Origin: an uncultured Chloroflexia bacterium
Lineage (GTDB): Bacteria; Chloroflexota; Limnocylindria; QHBO01
NCBI GenBank assembly: GCA_963789435.1
Contig: CAWBKO010000007.1
Span: 189,364 to 253,363 of the forward strand
DNA: 64,000 bases
Direction of reading: 5' to 3'
Both the position numbers and the translations under genes were made by a program. The notes below the pieces were generated by a model. The model worked only from the letters and a program-made list of their open reading frames with translations. It was not told the DNA's origin and ran no database searches. Shown piece after piece: positions 23,506 to 34,640 of the stretch. The stretch's first letter is position 1; each line of letters begins with the position of its first letter.

Positions 23506-24336
23506 TCAGCGGCGGGTCTGGAGCGTCGTCTTCAGGGAGCCGAGCAGCTCGAGCAGCGCAGCGTGCTGGGCTGCCGGCGCAGCGACCACGCTGATGCGCG
23601 GCCCGCGCACCTTCGGGTTCCACCACGGGCCGCCGGCCAGGTCGGTGACCACGGCGCCGCCCCGTTCGGCGATGAGCCCGGCTGCCGCCACGTCCCACAG
23701 GGAGAGGCCGCCGTTCTGGATGTAGGCATCGAACCGTCCGTTGCCGAGGTAGGCGAGGGACAGCGCCGCGCTGCCCATGCGCCGATGGATGCGGATGAGC
23801 GGGGCGATCCTGCGCTCGCGCGTCAGCCCGCCGCGTCCGATCACCGCCAGGCTGACGACGTAGTCGGAGAGGGTCTCCTTCGCCGAGGTCGTGATCGGCT
23901 CGCCGCCGAGCGTGGCGGGTCCGTCAATCGTGGCGGCGTACAGGTCGTCGCGGGCCGGGTCGAGGACGACGCCGACGGAGGGCACGTCGTCGACCACCAG
24001 GCCGATGCTCACGCAGTAGTACGGGATCCCGTTTGCATAGTTGACCGTCCCATCGAGTGGGTCGATGACCCAGGTCCTCCCGTTGTTGGATCCGTCGTCG
24101 CGAAGCACACCGGCATGCTCGCCAGACTCCTCGGCCAGGATCGCGTCACCCGGGTAGCGAGCCCTGATCGCGTCGATGACGGCGCGCTCCGAGGCATAGT
24201 CGGCATCGGTGACGACGTCGCGCTTGCTCTTGTAATCGATCCGCTGGATCCGCTCGTAGCTATCGGTCAGGATCGTCCCGGCCCGGCGCGCAAGGTCAGT
24301 TGCGAAGGCGAGCTCCTCCGCCCATCGGCTGCTCAT
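23506..24336 (-). CDS. Inositol monophosphatase family protein
   Basis: VVTDADYASE, ILAEES, WVIDPLDGTVNY, GSAAL.LA, WDVAAAGLI. Confidence 0.93.
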   Translation of the reverse strand: MSSRWAEELAFATDLARRAGTILTDSYERIQRIDYKSKRDVVTDADYASERAVIDAIRARYPGDAILAEESGEHAGVLRDDGSNNGRTWVIDPLDGTVNYANGIPYYCVSIGLVVDDVPSVGVVLDPARDDLYAATIDGPATLGGEPITTSAKETLSDYVVSLAVIGRGGLTRERRIAPLIRIHRRMGSAALSLAYLGNGRFDAYIQNGGLSLWDVAAAGLIAERGGAVVTDLAGGPWWNPKVRGPRISVVAAPAAQHAALLELLGSLKTTLQTRR

Positions 24337-24363
24337 GTGAGCCGATGCTACCGTCTGGGCGGT

Positions 24364-24864
24364 TTACACGGCGCCGTCGTCCTCCTCGCCCTTGGGTTGC
24401 GGGGGTGGCCCTTCGTCCCCGTCCTCCCCGCGCTGGATGAAGCTGAACTTGCCGCGGGGCTCGAGGATCCCCCAGGCGATGTCGCGCATCCGGGCGATGC
24501 CCGCCAGGCGCATCTCCGACTCGATCTCCGAACGCGTCAGCCGACTGCGGCGCAGGTTCGCCTCGAGCAGCTCGCCGTCGCGGATGATGACGCGCGGCTC
24601 GCCCTCGAGCAGTCGCTCGGCCCTGGGCGAGAGGTAGCTGAGCCAGCTGAAGACGAGCGCCCAGAAGGCGATCGTCGAGACCGCGATGACCGCACCCGTC
24701 AGGCTGAAGTCGTTCTGCGTGACGCCCTGCTGGATCAGGTCGCCGATGACGACGAGCACGATCAGCTCGAACGGCGTCATCTGCCCGAGCTCACGCTTGC
24801 CCATCAGACGCACGAGGAGGTACAGCGCCAGGAAGATGACGGTGGCCCGCAGCACGATGTCCAT
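24364..24864 (-). CDS. DUF421 (YetF-like) membrane protein
   Basis: RLMGKRELGQMTPFELI, LEGEPRVIIRDG, LEPRGKFSFI. Confidence 0.9.
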   Translation of the reverse strand: MDIVLRATVIFLALYLLVRLMGKRELGQMTPFELIVLVVIGDLIQQGVTQNDFSLTGAVIAVSTIAFWALVFSWLSYLSPRAERLLEGEPRVIIRDGELLEANLRRSRLTRSEIESEMRLAGIARMRDIAWGILEPRGKFSFIQRGEDGDEGPPPQPKGEEDDGAV

Positions 24865-25397
24865 CAGGGCAGCACCGTGATGGACACGTCGCTGGTCGCC
24901 ATCGGCTCCTCACCGTCGTAGACGGTGACCGCTCCGTCGTTGCCGGCAACGATGTCCGGGTTCACCTGCAGGTCGACCTTGAGCAGGAAGGTCTGGTTCG
25001 CGTCAAGCTCTGCGAACCCAAAGCGGAACTCGCCGTCGACGCTCTCCTCCTCAGCCGCAGCGGGAATCATGGTGTTGACCGTCATGTCCTCCCAGAGGCC
25101 TTCCTCGACGCCGATCACGAGCTCGGAGAGTGGGACTTCGGACTCAACGCTGATCCGCATCTCGAAGAACTCGCCGTTGCGAATGATCTCCGAGGAGTGA
25201 ACTGCCAGCGTCACGCCGTTCGCCTCGGCCCGCAATACGGCCTCGCGTCCCAGGAGTCCGGCGAAGCCGAGCGCGATCACGCCGCCGAGAACGACCAGCG
25301 CAAGCGGGCTTGCGTGATACCGCCAGCCCTCCAGCGGACGCGCGTGCTCCTCGCCGATGCCATCCGGAGCCGCCGGCGGTCGATCGTTCTTGCTCAC
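24864..25397 (-). CDS. Hypothetical membrane-anchored beta-rich protein coupled to DUF421 gene
   Basis: One hydrophobic helix followed by a beta-rich domain. The stop overlaps the DUF421 start. Confidence 0.7.
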   Translation of the reverse strand: MSKNDRPPAAPDGIGEEHARPLEGWRYHASPLALVVLGGVIALGFAGLLGREAVLRAEANGVTLAVHSSEIIRNGEFFEMRISVESEVPLSELVIGVEEGLWEDMTVNTMIPAAAEEESVDGEFRFGFAELDANQTFLLKVDLQVNPDIVAGNDGAVTVYDGEEPMATSDVSITVLP

Positions 25398-25469
25398 GGT
25401 CGATGAACCGAAGCAAGCCGCGCGCCATACGAATCCATGGTGCGGGAAGCCTCGGCTAGGCTAGGCGGC

Positions 25470-26195
25470 ATGCCTCAGATCCATCTCCGCGCCGAGGACG
25501 GCGATTACGCGCCGCTCGTCCTGCTGCCCGGCGACCCGAACCGCGCGCGCCGCATCTCCGAGCGGTTCGATGCCGGATCCGCGAAGCAGGTCAACGACCA
25601 TCGCGGCCTTCTCGGCTTCACCGGCACGTACAACGGCACGCCGGTAAGCGTCCAGACCACCGGCATGGGCACCCCGAGCATGTCCATCGTGGCCGAGGAG
25701 CTGCTGCGCCTTGGCGCGAAGCGACTGATCCGGGTCGGCACCTGCGGCGGCATCGCCAAGGGGCTGAAGACGGGCGACCTCGTCATCGCCACCGCCGCGT
25801 GCCCGGTCGACGGTGCCACCACGACCTACCTGCACGGCGAGGCATATGCGCCGGCCGCCGACTTTCGCCTCACGCGCGCGCTGGTCGATGCTGCCGATGC
25901 GGCCGGCGTCCCGGCACTGACCGGCCTGGTCGCCTCGGTCGACGTCTTCTACAACACCGATGACGACTACGCGAAGCGCTGGCGGGAGCGCGGTGTCCTG
26001 GCCTTCGAGATGGAGGCGTCCGCACTCTTCTTCCTCGCCGCGCGCGCCGGCGTCCAGGCCGCCTGCGCGCTGACCGTGAGCGACGTCCTGTCGGAGGAGG
26101 TCGGGACCGAGGAGTCCTACCTGCCGCTCGAGGAGCTCGATCGGGCCATCGACCGCATGATCGACGTGGCGCTCGAGGCCGGGACCGCGGCCTGA
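25470..26195 (+). CDS. deoD: Purine nucleoside phosphorylase (DeoD-type, PNP/UDP family)
   Basis: LLPGDPNRA, TTGMGTPS, LIRVGTCG, FEMEASALF, ALTVSD. Confidence 0.9.
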   Translation: MPQIHLRAEDGDYAPLVLLPGDPNRARRISERFDAGSAKQVNDHRGLLGFTGTYNGTPVSVQTTGMGTPSMSIVAEELLRLGAKRLIRVGTCGGIAKGLKTGDLVIATAACPVDGATTTYLHGEAYAPAADFRLTRALVDAADAAGVPALTGLVASVDVFYNTDDDYAKRWRERGVLAFEMEASALFFLAARAGVQAACALTVSDVLSEEVGTEESYLPLEELDRAIDRMIDVALEAGTAA

Positions 26196-26230
26196 GCAGG
26201 CATGGGTCCTGCGGTAAACTCCTTCGAACC

Positions 26231-27397
26231 ATGACCGATACGCTCTCGCGCGGCGCGGCGAACCAGGCCGGCGCCATCATCAACCCGAACGCGGCGGCGG
26301 AGGCACAGGACTTCCTGCCGCTCAAGGGCATCGACCACGTCGAGTTCTGGGTCGGCAACGCGAAGCAGGCGGCGCACTACTACCGCGCGCTCTGGGGCTT
26401 CACACCGGTCGCCTATGCGGGCCTCGAGACCGGCGTTCGCGATCGCTCCAGCTTCGTGATGGTCCAGAACGACATCCGCTTCGTCTTCACCGGCCCCATC
26501 TCTCCCGAGGGCGAGATCGCGGAGCACGTCACGAAGCACGGAGACGGCGTGAAGGACATCGCCTTCGCCGTCGATGACGTCGAGTCCGCGTGGCGGGAGA
26601 CGACCTCGCGAGGCGCCCTCTCGGCGCTGGAGCCGGCGGAGATCGAGGGCAAGAAGGGCACGCTGCGGCGCAGTGCCATCCATACCTACGGCGAGGTGGT
26701 CCACTCGTTCGTGGACCGCTCCGACTACCACGGCGCCTTCGCGCCGGGCTATCACAAGGTGAACCAGCCGCCGCCGGCGGCGAGCGGACAGAGCCTCCTC
26801 GAGGTCGACCACTGCGTGGGCAACGTCGCCCTCGGCGACATGAACCGCTTCGTCGACTTCTACCGGGACGTGCTGGGCTTCGCGCAGCTCATCCACTACG
26901 ACGACAAGGTCATCCACACCGACTACTCGGCACTGATGAGCAAGGTGATGACGAACGGGAACGGGCGTATCAAGTTCCCGATCAACGAGCCGGCGGCCGG
27001 CAAGAAGAAGAGCCAGATCCAGGAGTTCCTCGACTACTACCTGGACGCGGGCACGCAGCACATCGCGCTGCGGACGGAGGACATCGTCGGCAGCGTGCGC
27101 GCCCTGCGCGAGCGCGGGGTCGAGTTCCTCGGCATGCCGCACGCCTACTACGAGTCGCTCCCCGATCGGGTGGGCGACGTCGGCGTGCCGATGGACACCC
27201 TCGAGGAGCTGGGTATCGAGGCGGATCGCGACGAAGAGGGCTACCTGCTCCAGATCTTCACCCGCCCCGTGCAGGATCGGCCCACCTTCTTCTTCGAGAT
27301 CATCGAGCGGCACGGGTCGCGTGGATTCGGCGTCGGCAACTTCAAGGCGCTCTTCGAGGCGATCGAGATCGAGCAGGCGCGGCGCGGCAACCTCTAG
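26231..27397 (+). CDS. hppD: 4-hydroxyphenylpyruvate dioxygenase
   Basis: DHVEFWVGNAKQAA, HGDGVKDIAF, DHCVGNV, IKFPINEP, QHIAL, YLLQIFT, GFGVGNFKALFEAIE. Confidence 0.97.
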   Translation: MTDTLSRGAANQAGAIINPNAAAEAQDFLPLKGIDHVEFWVGNAKQAAHYYRALWGFTPVAYAGLETGVRDRSSFVMVQNDIRFVFTGPISPEGEIAEHVTKHGDGVKDIAFAVDDVESAWRETTSRGALSALEPAEIEGKKGTLRRSAIHTYGEVVHSFVDRSDYHGAFAPGYHKVNQPPPAASGQSLLEVDHCVGNVALGDMNRFVDFYRDVLGFAQLIHYDDKVIHTDYSALMSKVMTNGNGRIKFPINEPAAGKKKSQIQEFLDYYLDAGTQHIALRTEDIVGSVRALRERGVEFLGMPHAYYESLPDRVGDVGVPMDTLEELGIEADRDEEGYLLQIFTRPVQDRPTFFFEIIERHGSRGFGVGNFKALFEAIEIEQARRGNL

Positions 27398-27431
27398 CCG
27401 GCGCGCCGATCCGGACGGCTGACTTCGCGGC

Positions 27432-28569
27432 ATGCGACGTATCCGCAACCTGGCGCTGTTCGGGACGGCGTCGGTCATCGTCATCGTCGCCGTGCTCTGG
27501 GTCTTCCGCGCACAGCTGCTGCCGTTCCTCGGCGTGAATTTCGACTCTGGCCCTGGCGGCCGCGCCGAGCTCGTCGTGCCGGAGGGGTATGCCGCATCCG
27601 TCTTCGCCGAGGGCCTCGCCGGACCGCGGTTCATGGCGGTCAGTCCGGACGGCACCTTGTACGTGGCGGAACGCGGGTGCCGATCGAGTCGTCGCATTGC
27701 CGGACGGTGATGAGGACGGCGTCGCCGACGCTGGTGGTCGAGGTCGGCAGCGGGTATGGCAACGCCCACGACATCGAGTTCGATGCGGACGGATCACTGC
27801 TCGTGGCCGGTGAACGCACCCTCTTCCGCGTGACCCTCGATCGATGTCATCCGGCGGGAAGATCGCCGCGAGGTCGTGGTCGATGGGCTCCCGACCGGCG
27901 GGCACTCGACGAAGACGGTCGAGGTGCTTCACGACGGGGATCTGCTGCTCTCAATCGGATCGTCGTGCGATGTGTGCCAGCGAGGAGGATGAGCGGCGAG
28001 CCGCATCAGCATCGTGACTCCCGATGGCGAGCAGACGAGTCTCGATGCGCGGCCTGCGCAACGCGGTCGGCGTCTGGGTCGACGATGCCACGGGGCGAGC
28101 GTGGGCGACGAACATGGGCCGGGATCGACTCGGCGACGATCGGCCGCCCGAGACGCTCTATGAGGTGATCGAGGGCGCCGATGCCGGCTGGCCGCGGTGC
28201 CATGCCGGCGAGCTCCCAGATCCCGAGTTCGGATCGGGGTCCGATGCCTGCGCCGGCGTGGCGATGCCGGCCGCCACCTTCCCGGCGCACATGGCACCGC
28301 TCGCCCTGGTCGGGTGGGAGGATCACCTGGTGATCGCGTTCCACGGCTCGTGGAACTCGTCGCAGAAGGTCGGCTACGCGGTCTGGTGGCTGCCCTGGGA
28401 CGGTGGCCCGGCCGGCGACCCACAGCCGTTCGCCACGGGCTTCCTGCGTGACGGGGAGGTCGATGCGCTCGGCCGGCCGGCGGGTCTGGCAGTCGGCGCG
28501 GACGGCGCGCTGTACGTCAGCGACGACAAGGCGGGACTGATCTACCGCATCGCGCGCAGCGACGGGTAA
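27432..28569 (+). CDS. Glucose/sorbosone (PQQ-dependent sugar) dehydrogenase-like beta-propeller (frameshifted)
   Basis: N-terminal anchor; PEGYAASVFAEGL.GPRFMA, GLRNAVG, AFHGSWN, GRPAGLAVGADGALYVSDD. Confidence 0.85.
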
Positions 28570-28746
28570 TCCAGCGGACCGCACCTGACCGGTCGAATCG
28601 AGCCCTTGGCCGGTACTCGAGTACGGCCGGGTACTCCCCCCAACCCCACACCGGCAATTGTTCGCCCGCCGGCGACATCGATTGTTAAATGCGGGCCGTA
28701 CCCCATGTGACGATTACGTCCCTCGTCGTCGCCCCGGCCACCCCGG

Positions 28747-30276
28747 ATGCTGCGCTCACCATTCCTACTCCCGGTAATGGAGACCGTATCTGTGCGCGGA
28801 GACCCGACGAATCGCCTGAACCCGCAGCTGCCGCATCGGCGGCGCCTCATCGCTGGGGCGTCTGCCGTCGCGCTCGCGTGGTCCTTGGCGTTGACGATCG
28901 CCGCGCCGTCGATTGCGGCTCCAGGCACCCGCGTCAACATCGAGCCGGAGGTGCTCGTGGTGGCAGTGGGTCAGACCGTCATCCTGACCGCGCACGTCGC
29001 CGAGCCGAATGGAGATCCGTCGGTCGGAACCGGGTCGAACACCCACGTGCGCTGGTACTTCGCCGTCGGCAGCCCGAACGACATCGACAGCCCGGGCAAC
29101 AGCTCCGACCTGGATTGCTCGACCGGAGACGCCGGCGAGTGCTCCGTGTCGTACGTCGCCACTTTCGCCGGCACGGACACGATCTGCGCAATCGTGGGCG
29201 GGCCGACGTCGGGGTGCGGCGAGCCGCAGGTCGCTCCCGAATGGGACGACAACGTGGATGTCGTCCTGCGCGTGGTGAGCACCGATCCGGCGCCGACCCC
29301 CACTCCTTCGCCGAGTCCCACGCCGTCACCGACGCCGAGCCCGACCCCGTCGCCAACTCCGTCGCCTACCCCATCGCCGAGCCCCACCCCGTCTCCGACC
29401 CCAAGCCCGACCCCGTCGCCAACTCCTTCGCCGACTCCTTCGCCGAGCCCGACTCCTTCGCCGACGCCGAGCCCGACGCCGAGCCCGACCCCGTCGCCTT
29501 CCCCGACACCTTCCCCGACGCCGAGCCCGACTCCTTCGCCCAGCCCCACGCCGTCTCCGACTCCTTCGCCCAGCCCAACGCCGTCTCCGACTCCTTCGCC
29601 GACCCCGAGCCCCACGCCGTCGCCCACTCCATCGCCCACCCCGAGCCCGACGCCATCGCCGACGCCGTCTCCGACTCCTTCGCCGTCGCCGACGGCAACC
29701 CCGTCGCCGGAAGCGACTCCGGATGCCACGCCAACGCCGGAAACCACCCCCGCGCCGGAGGCCACCCGCGCGCCGGAACCGACGCCGGAGCTCATCGCGG
29801 CGCCCGAGCCGGCGAGCGGGCAAGCACCGACGCCGCCCGGTGCGGGGGGAACGGGAACAGGAGTAGCGCCGTCCGCCGAGGCCGCCCCACCACCCAAGAC
29901 CGGTACACCCGACGTCCTCCCGACGCGGCCAGACGAGGAGGCAGCTCCGCCCCAGCAGACCGCTCCGCCCCTGCCGGTCGCTCAACTGCCGGATGCGGCC
30001 CCGGTGGCTGCGAGCCAACCCGCGGACTGGGTGGGACCGGTGGCCATCGTCGGCCAGGTGCTGTCGGCGGCCGCTCAGGAAATTGTCCGCGTCGTCCGGC
30101 CTGAAGCGGCCGTGGCAGTCGCCACCGAGTTCGGCTTCCCGCTGGTGCTGGCGCTCGCGGTCCTTGGCTATCTCATGATCCAGGGCTACGTCGACCGGCG
30201 CGATCCGAAGCTACGAATGGCGCCCAGGACCAACCTTGAGACGATTCTGCAGTTCAGGACTGAGGAGCAGCTGTGA
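28747..30276 (+). CDS. Secreted/membrane-anchored protein: signal peptide, Ig-like domain, Pro/Thr/Ser stalk, C-terminal TM helix and tail
   Basis: RRRLIAG plus hydrophobic signal; Cys-containing beta domain; PTPS repeats; [18 protein letters not shown] followed by DRRDPKL. Confidence 0.85.
   Translation: MLRSPFLLPVMETVSVRGDPTNRLNPQLPHRRRLIAGASAVALAWSLALTIAAPSIAAPGTRVNIEPEVLVVAVGQTVILTAHVAEPNGDPSVGTGSNTHVRWYFAVGSPNDIDSPGNSSDLDCSTGDAGECSVSYVATFAGTDTICAIVGGPTSGCGEPQVAPEWDDNVDVVLRVVSTDPAPTPTPSPSPTPSPTPSPTPSPTPSPTPSPSPTPSPTPSPTPSPTPSPTPSPSPTPSPTPSPTPSPTPSPSPTPSPTPSPTPSPSPTPSPTPSPSPTPSPTPSPTPSPTPSPTPSPTPSPTPSPTPSPTPSPSPTATPSPEATPDATPTPETTPAPEATRAPEPTPELIAAPEPASGQAPTPPGAGGTGTGVAPSAEAAPPPKTGTPDVLPTRPDEEAAPPQQTAPPLPVAQLPDAAPVAASQPADWVGPVAIVGQVLSAAAQEIVRVVRPEAAVAVATEFGFPLVLALAVLGYLMIQGYVDRRDPKLRMAPRTNLETILQFRTEEQL
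29287..29709 (+). repeat. Coding tandem repeat, ([10 protein letters not shown])n, about 140 codons
   Basis: Imperfect 12/18-nt CCG-ACx-CCx-TCG units; in frame, with no unique spacers. Confidence 0.95.
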
Positions 30277-32720
30277 TCCGGCAGCATCAGCGACCCGAGG
30301 AGTACACCGCGCTCAGCGACCGCATGGGCTACCTCCTCATGCTACGGATCGCAATGGCATCGGTTGCCGTGACATGGAGCGCAATCCGCCCGGAGGCGCT
30401 CGGCACGCCGTTCGCCGTTCTTGCCGCGGTGAGCGCCGGCTACGTCGTGGTCGCGGCGCTCGCCGAGCTTCTGCGACGACGTGCGACTCGGTTCGGTTTT
30501 GCCGTCCTGAGCAGTCTGCTGATCCTCGACGGTCTCTATCTCGCCTTTGCCATGTATGTCACCGGCGCGACGCAGAGTCCGATCCGATTCCTCATCTACC
30601 TGCATCTCGTGGCGGTGTCGCTGCTTGCGTCGTACCGAACGGGGTTGAAGATCGCGCTCTGGCACTCCCTGCTGCTCTTCGTGGTGCTGTACGGCCAGGC
30701 AGCCAGCCTGTTCCCGCCCGTCGACGTGATCCCCGGGCGCGGCATCGACTTCGATCGGATGCCGGTGCTCAACGTGACCTCGTTCTGGCTCTTCGCCCTT
30801 GCGACGTCGATCTTCTCGGCCATGAACGAGCGTGAGCTGCGCCAGCGTCGCGCCGATCTCCAGGCGCTCGTGGACGTGGGGGCGCGCCTCGACGAGGTCG
30901 CCGACCCAGCGCTGCAGGCGCGAGTCGTGCTGGATGGGATGGCGGCGCGGTTCGGCTTCGAGCGCGGGCTCGTGATCGGCGCGGCCGAAGAGAGCCTCGT
31001 GGTCCTGGCGTCGCGCGGCGCCACCGAGTGGTCGGGCTCCGAGCCGCCCGATGCGATCATTCGTCGAGCGTGGGAACGCCGCGAGCTGTTGCCCGTGAAG
31101 CGGATCAACCCCGAAGGCAACCCGCTCCTGTCTGCCGCCCTGCCCGATGCGCGCAACCTGCTGGTGTCGCCGATGATCGCCGATGGTCGGCCGGTCGGCG
31201 CGATCGTTGTTGAGCATCGATCACGGACCGTCTTCGGCGTGGAGCGGCGAGTGGCATCGGTGCTCGGCCAATTCTCGGCTGTGGCGGCGCTGAACCTTCG
31301 GAACGCCGTGCTCCTGCGGCACGTGCAGGACCTCGCGGAGCAGGACTCCCTCACCGGCGCGGCGAATCGGCGCATGTTCCAGCGAACGCTCGAGCGCACG
31401 CTGGAAGCGCAGCCGGCCGACGAGACCGGCTCGGAACGCATCACGGCCGTGCTCTTCATCGACCTCGACGACTTCAAGATCGTCAACGACAGCATGGGTC
31501 ACGCCGCGGGAGACGAGCTCCTCGTCGCGGTCACCGATCGGATCAGGGGGCTCGTCCGGCAGGGAGACCTGGTCGCACGGCTGGGTGGCGACGAGTTCGC
31601 GATCCTGACCGGCGACCTGCCCGACCTGCGGCGCTCACGCGCCATGGCGGAGCGCCTGGTGCGCGACCTGCGCGTGCCGTACGTGCTCAGCGGCAAGACG
31701 GTGACGGTCACCGCCAGCATCGGGATCGCCAGCGCCCGCGATGCCGGCAGCGACGCGCAGGAGGTGGTCCGCAACGCCGATGTCGCGATGTACATGGCGA
31801 AGGCGAACGGAAAGTCGGGCTTCGCGATCTTCGATCCGGGCATGCACGCCGCCATCCGCGCTCGCCACGAGCTCGGCGCCGAGCTGCAGCATGCCGTCGA
31901 TCTCGGACAGCTCCGCCTCGTCTACCAGCCGATCGTGTCGCTGGAGTCCGGGCGCATCTCGGGCCTGGAGGCGCTCGTGCGATGGCAGCATCCGGAGCGC
32001 GGCATCGTGGCTCCGGGCGAGTTCATCGAGATCGCGGAGGAGAATGGCGCGATCCTCCCCATCGGCCGCTGGGTCATGCGCGAGGCGTGTGAGCGCGCGG
32101 TCGCCTGGCAGGCCGCTGGCCTCACCCCGGCCGGCCTCTTCCTCTGCGTGAACGTGTCGGCTCGTGAGATCCAGCATCCCGGCTTCGTCGGTGCCGTCGA
32201 GGAGACCCTGGCCTGGGCGGGGCTCGAGGCCACGCGACTCATTCTCGAGATCACCGAGACCGCGCTCATCAAGGCGACCTCGACGACCGTCGCGACCCTC
32301 GAGGCGCTGCGAGCGCTCGGCGTGCGGGTCGTGATCGACGACTTCGGCACCGGCTACTTCTCGCTCAGCCATCTGCGCCAGTTCCCGGTCGACGCGCTCA
32401 AGATCGCAAGCGAGTTCGTCCAGGTCGCCGAGGGCGACTCGCGGTCGGCAGCACTGGCCGGGGCGATCGTGGCGCTCGGCGACTCGCTCGAGATTGCGAC
32501 GGTGGCCGAGGGAATCGAGACGAAGGAGCACGCGGAGCGGATGCGCTCGCTTGGCTGCACCTACGGTCAGGGCTATTTCTTTGCCAGGCCGATCGGTGTC
32601 GAGGAGATCGAGGCCGGCGTCGAAGGCCTCGCCACTCCCACCCGGTGGCAGCCGGCCGGGGCGCCCGCGAAGGCTCGGCGGAAGCGGCGGACGCTGCGCA
32701 CGGAGCCCAGCGCGGCCTGA
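30273..32720 (+). CDS. Membrane-bound GAF-GGDEF-EAL diguanylate cyclase/phosphodiesterase
   Basis: About 5 TM helices, a GAF-like region, [38 protein letters not shown] and DDFGTGY. The start overlaps the upstream stop. Confidence 0.93.
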   Translation: MIRQHQRPEEYTALSDRMGYLLMLRIAMASVAVTWSAIRPEALGTPFAVLAAVSAGYVVVAALAELLRRRATRFGFAVLSSLLILDGLYLAFAMYVTGATQSPIRFLIYLHLVAVSLLASYRTGLKIALWHSLLLFVVLYGQAASLFPPVDVIPGRGIDFDRMPVLNVTSFWLFALATSIFSAMNERELRQRRADLQALVDVGARLDEVADPALQARVVLDGMAARFGFERGLVIGAAEESLVVLASRGATEWSGSEPPDAIIRRAWERRELLPVKRINPEGNPLLSAALPDARNLLVSPMIADGRPVGAIVVEHRSRTVFGVERRVASVLGQFSAVAALNLRNAVLLRHVQDLAEQDSLTGAANRRMFQRTLERTLEAQPADETGSERITAVLFIDLDDFKIVNDSMGHAAGDELLVAVTDRIRGLVRQGDLVARLGGDEFAILTGDLPDLRRSRAMAERLVRDLRVPYVLSGKTVTVTASIGIASARDAGSDAQEVVRNADVAMYMAKANGKSGFAIFDPGMHAAIRARHELGAELQHAVDLGQLRLVYQPIVSLESGRISGLEALVRWQHPERGIVAPGEFIEIAEENGAILPIGRWVMREACERAVAWQAAGLTPAGLFLCVNVSAREIQHPGFVGAVEETLAWAGLEATRLILEITETALIKATSTTVATLEALRALGVRVVIDDFGTGYFSLSHLRQFPVDALKIASEFVQVAEGDSRSAALAGAIVALGDSLEIATVAEGIETKEHAERMRSLGCTYGQGYFFARPIGVEEIEAGVEGLATPTRWQPAGAPAKARRKRRTLRTEPSAA

Positions 32721-32755
32721 GGCGTACGGGGGATTCAGTTAGCATCGGTCCCCTG

Positions 32756-34192
32756 ATGAGCACGAAGGGGCTGCCGAGCCAGGCCGACGACTTTCCCGCT
32801 TGGTACGTCGAGGTCGTAAAACGAGCCGAGCTCGCCGAGCACGGCCCGGCCAAGGGTTCCATGATCATCAAGCCGCATGGCTATGCGATCTGGGAGCTCA
32901 CGCAGCGCGCGCTGGACGATCGGTTCAAGGCGACCGGACACCAGAACCTCTACTTCCCGCTCCTGATCCCGATGAGCCTCCTCCAGAAGGAGGCCGATCA
33001 CGTCGAGGGCTTCGCACCGCAGGTCGCCGTGGTAACGCACGGCGGCGGCGATCCGCTCGAGGAGCCGCTGGCCATCCGGCCCACCAGCGAGACGATCATC
33101 TGGAGCACCTACAAGCGCTGGATCCAGAGCTACCGTGACCTGCCGCTGCTCTACAACCAATGGGCGAACGTCGTTCGCTGGGAGATGCGGACCCGCCTCT
33201 TCCTTCGCACGTCCGAGTTCCTGTGGCAGGAGGGCCATACCGCACACGCCACCTCGGATGAGGCAATGGCGGAGTCACTCCGCATGCTCGAGGTCTATCG
33301 CGAGGTCGCCGAAGACGTCCTCGCCATTCCGGTCTTCAAGGGGCGCAAGACGGCGGCCGAGCGCTTCCCCGGGGCCGTCGAGACGTACTGCGTCGAGGGC
33401 CTCATGCGCGATGGGAAGGCGCTCCAATGCGGGACGAGCCACTTCCTCGGCCAGAACTTCGCCAGGGCGTACGACGTGACCTTCCTCAATGCGGCCGGCG
33501 AACAGGAGCACGCCTGGGCAACGTCATGGGGATTCAGCACCCGGATGGTGGGCGGCGCCATCATGGCCCACGGCGACGACGCCGGCCTCCGCCTGCCCCC
33601 CGCGGTCGCGCCGATCCAGGTGGTCATCGTGCCGATCTATCGGTCCGACGAGGAGCGCGCATCGGTGATGAGCATCGCGGATGGCCTGCGCGCCGATCTG
33701 GCCACCCGGGGCGTCCGGGTGCGCCTCGACGACCGAGATCAGCATCGGCCCGGCTACAAGTTCGCCGAGTGGGAGCTCAAGGGTGTGCCGGTGCGGATCG
33801 AGCTCGGACCGCGGGACGTCGCCGCGGGCCGGGTCGTCATGGCCAGCCGCCTCGGCGGCGAGAAGGAGGAGGTCGCCGTCGCCGACGTGGCCCCCGGAAT
33901 GAACGATCGCTTGCGGTCCCTTCAGCGAGCCCTGTTCGCCGATGCGCTCGCCTACCGGGAGGCAAACACCCACGAGATCACGTCGTTCGACGCCTTCGCC
34001 AGCGGCGTCGAGCAGCAGGGCGGCTTCTGGATTGGACCGTGGTGCGGTGATGGGACCTGCGAGGCGGAGATCGCGACGCGGACCAAGGCGACGATTCGCT
34101 TCCTTCCGATCGAGCCTACCGATCCGGGTGCCGACTGCATGCACTGCGGCAAGCCGGGCGTCGACGTGGCGCACTGGGCGCGGGCCTACTGA
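32756..34192 (+). CDS. proS: Prolyl-tRNA synthetase, archaeal/eukaryote-like type
   Basis: YFPLLIP, IRPTSET, QWANVVRWE, RTSEFLWQEGHT, GTSHFLGQNF, SWGFSTR and C-terminal ARAY. Confidence 0.97.
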   Translation: MSTKGLPSQADDFPAWYVEVVKRAELAEHGPAKGSMIIKPHGYAIWELTQRALDDRFKATGHQNLYFPLLIPMSLLQKEADHVEGFAPQVAVVTHGGGDPLEEPLAIRPTSETIIWSTYKRWIQSYRDLPLLYNQWANVVRWEMRTRLFLRTSEFLWQEGHTAHATSDEAMAESLRMLEVYREVAEDVLAIPVFKGRKTAAERFPGAVETYCVEGLMRDGKALQCGTSHFLGQNFARAYDVTFLNAAGEQEHAWATSWGFSTRMVGGAIMAHGDDAGLRLPPAVAPIQVVIVPIYRSDEERASVMSIADGLRADLATRGVRVRLDDRDQHRPGYKFAEWELKGVPVRIELGPRDVAAGRVVMASRLGGEKEEVAVADVAPGMNDRLRSLQRALFADALAYREANTHEITSFDAFASGVEQQGGFWIGPWCGDGTCEAEIATRTKATIRFLPIEPTDPGADCMHCGKPGVDVAHWARAY

Positions 34193-34195
34193 TCG

Positions 34196-34618
34196 ATGGT
34201 CGCGGCGTGGCGAATGCTCCTGGTCCTGCTGCTGTGTGGCTGCGGCCTGCTGCCGTCCGCGCAGCCCGACTGGATCGTGAATCGCCTGCCGCTCACCTCC
34301 TGCGGCGAAGAGGTGCTGGAACGTGGCGACACGGACGTCGAGGCACGCCAGTGCCTGCTCGACGCGTTCCGCGCCGGGGAGGGCGCCGAGCTCATCAGCA
34401 CCACGGCGGCCGGGGAGGATGGCCAGGTCACGCGCTACCTGCGCGTCCATGAGAACGGGACGATCGAGATCTTCACCGATGCGACCCAGGACCCGACCGG
34501 ATCAGGGGCCTGGGAGCGCGAGACCTGCACGCAGATGCTCGGTGCCGACGAGGTCCGAGACGTCTGGGTCGAGGAGGTGTTCGTGATGATCGACTGCCAG
34601 AGCCAGCCCATCCCGTGA
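34196..34618 (+). CDS. Putative lipoprotein/secreted protein
   Basis: Short hydrophobic leader LLVLLLCGC with a lipobox-like Cys, plus further Cys residues. Confidence 0.6.
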   Translation: MVAAWRMLLVLLLCGCGLLPSAQPDWIVNRLPLTSCGEEVLERGDTDVEARQCLLDAFRAGEGAELISTTAAGEDGQVTRYLRVHENGTIEIFTDATQDPTGSGAWERETCTQMLGADEVRDVWVEEVFVMIDCQSQPIP

Positions 34619-34640
34619 GAGCGGCGGGTAGGATCGGCGG

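Noticed and set aside
29287-29709. Tandem repeats as a CRISPR array
   Set aside because: The units are degenerate, in frame and coding, with no unique spacers and no cas genes.
32756-34192. Archaeal/eukaryote-type ProRS as recent horizontal transfer
   Set aside because: This type is native to many bacterial lineages, and its composition looks like that of its neighbours.
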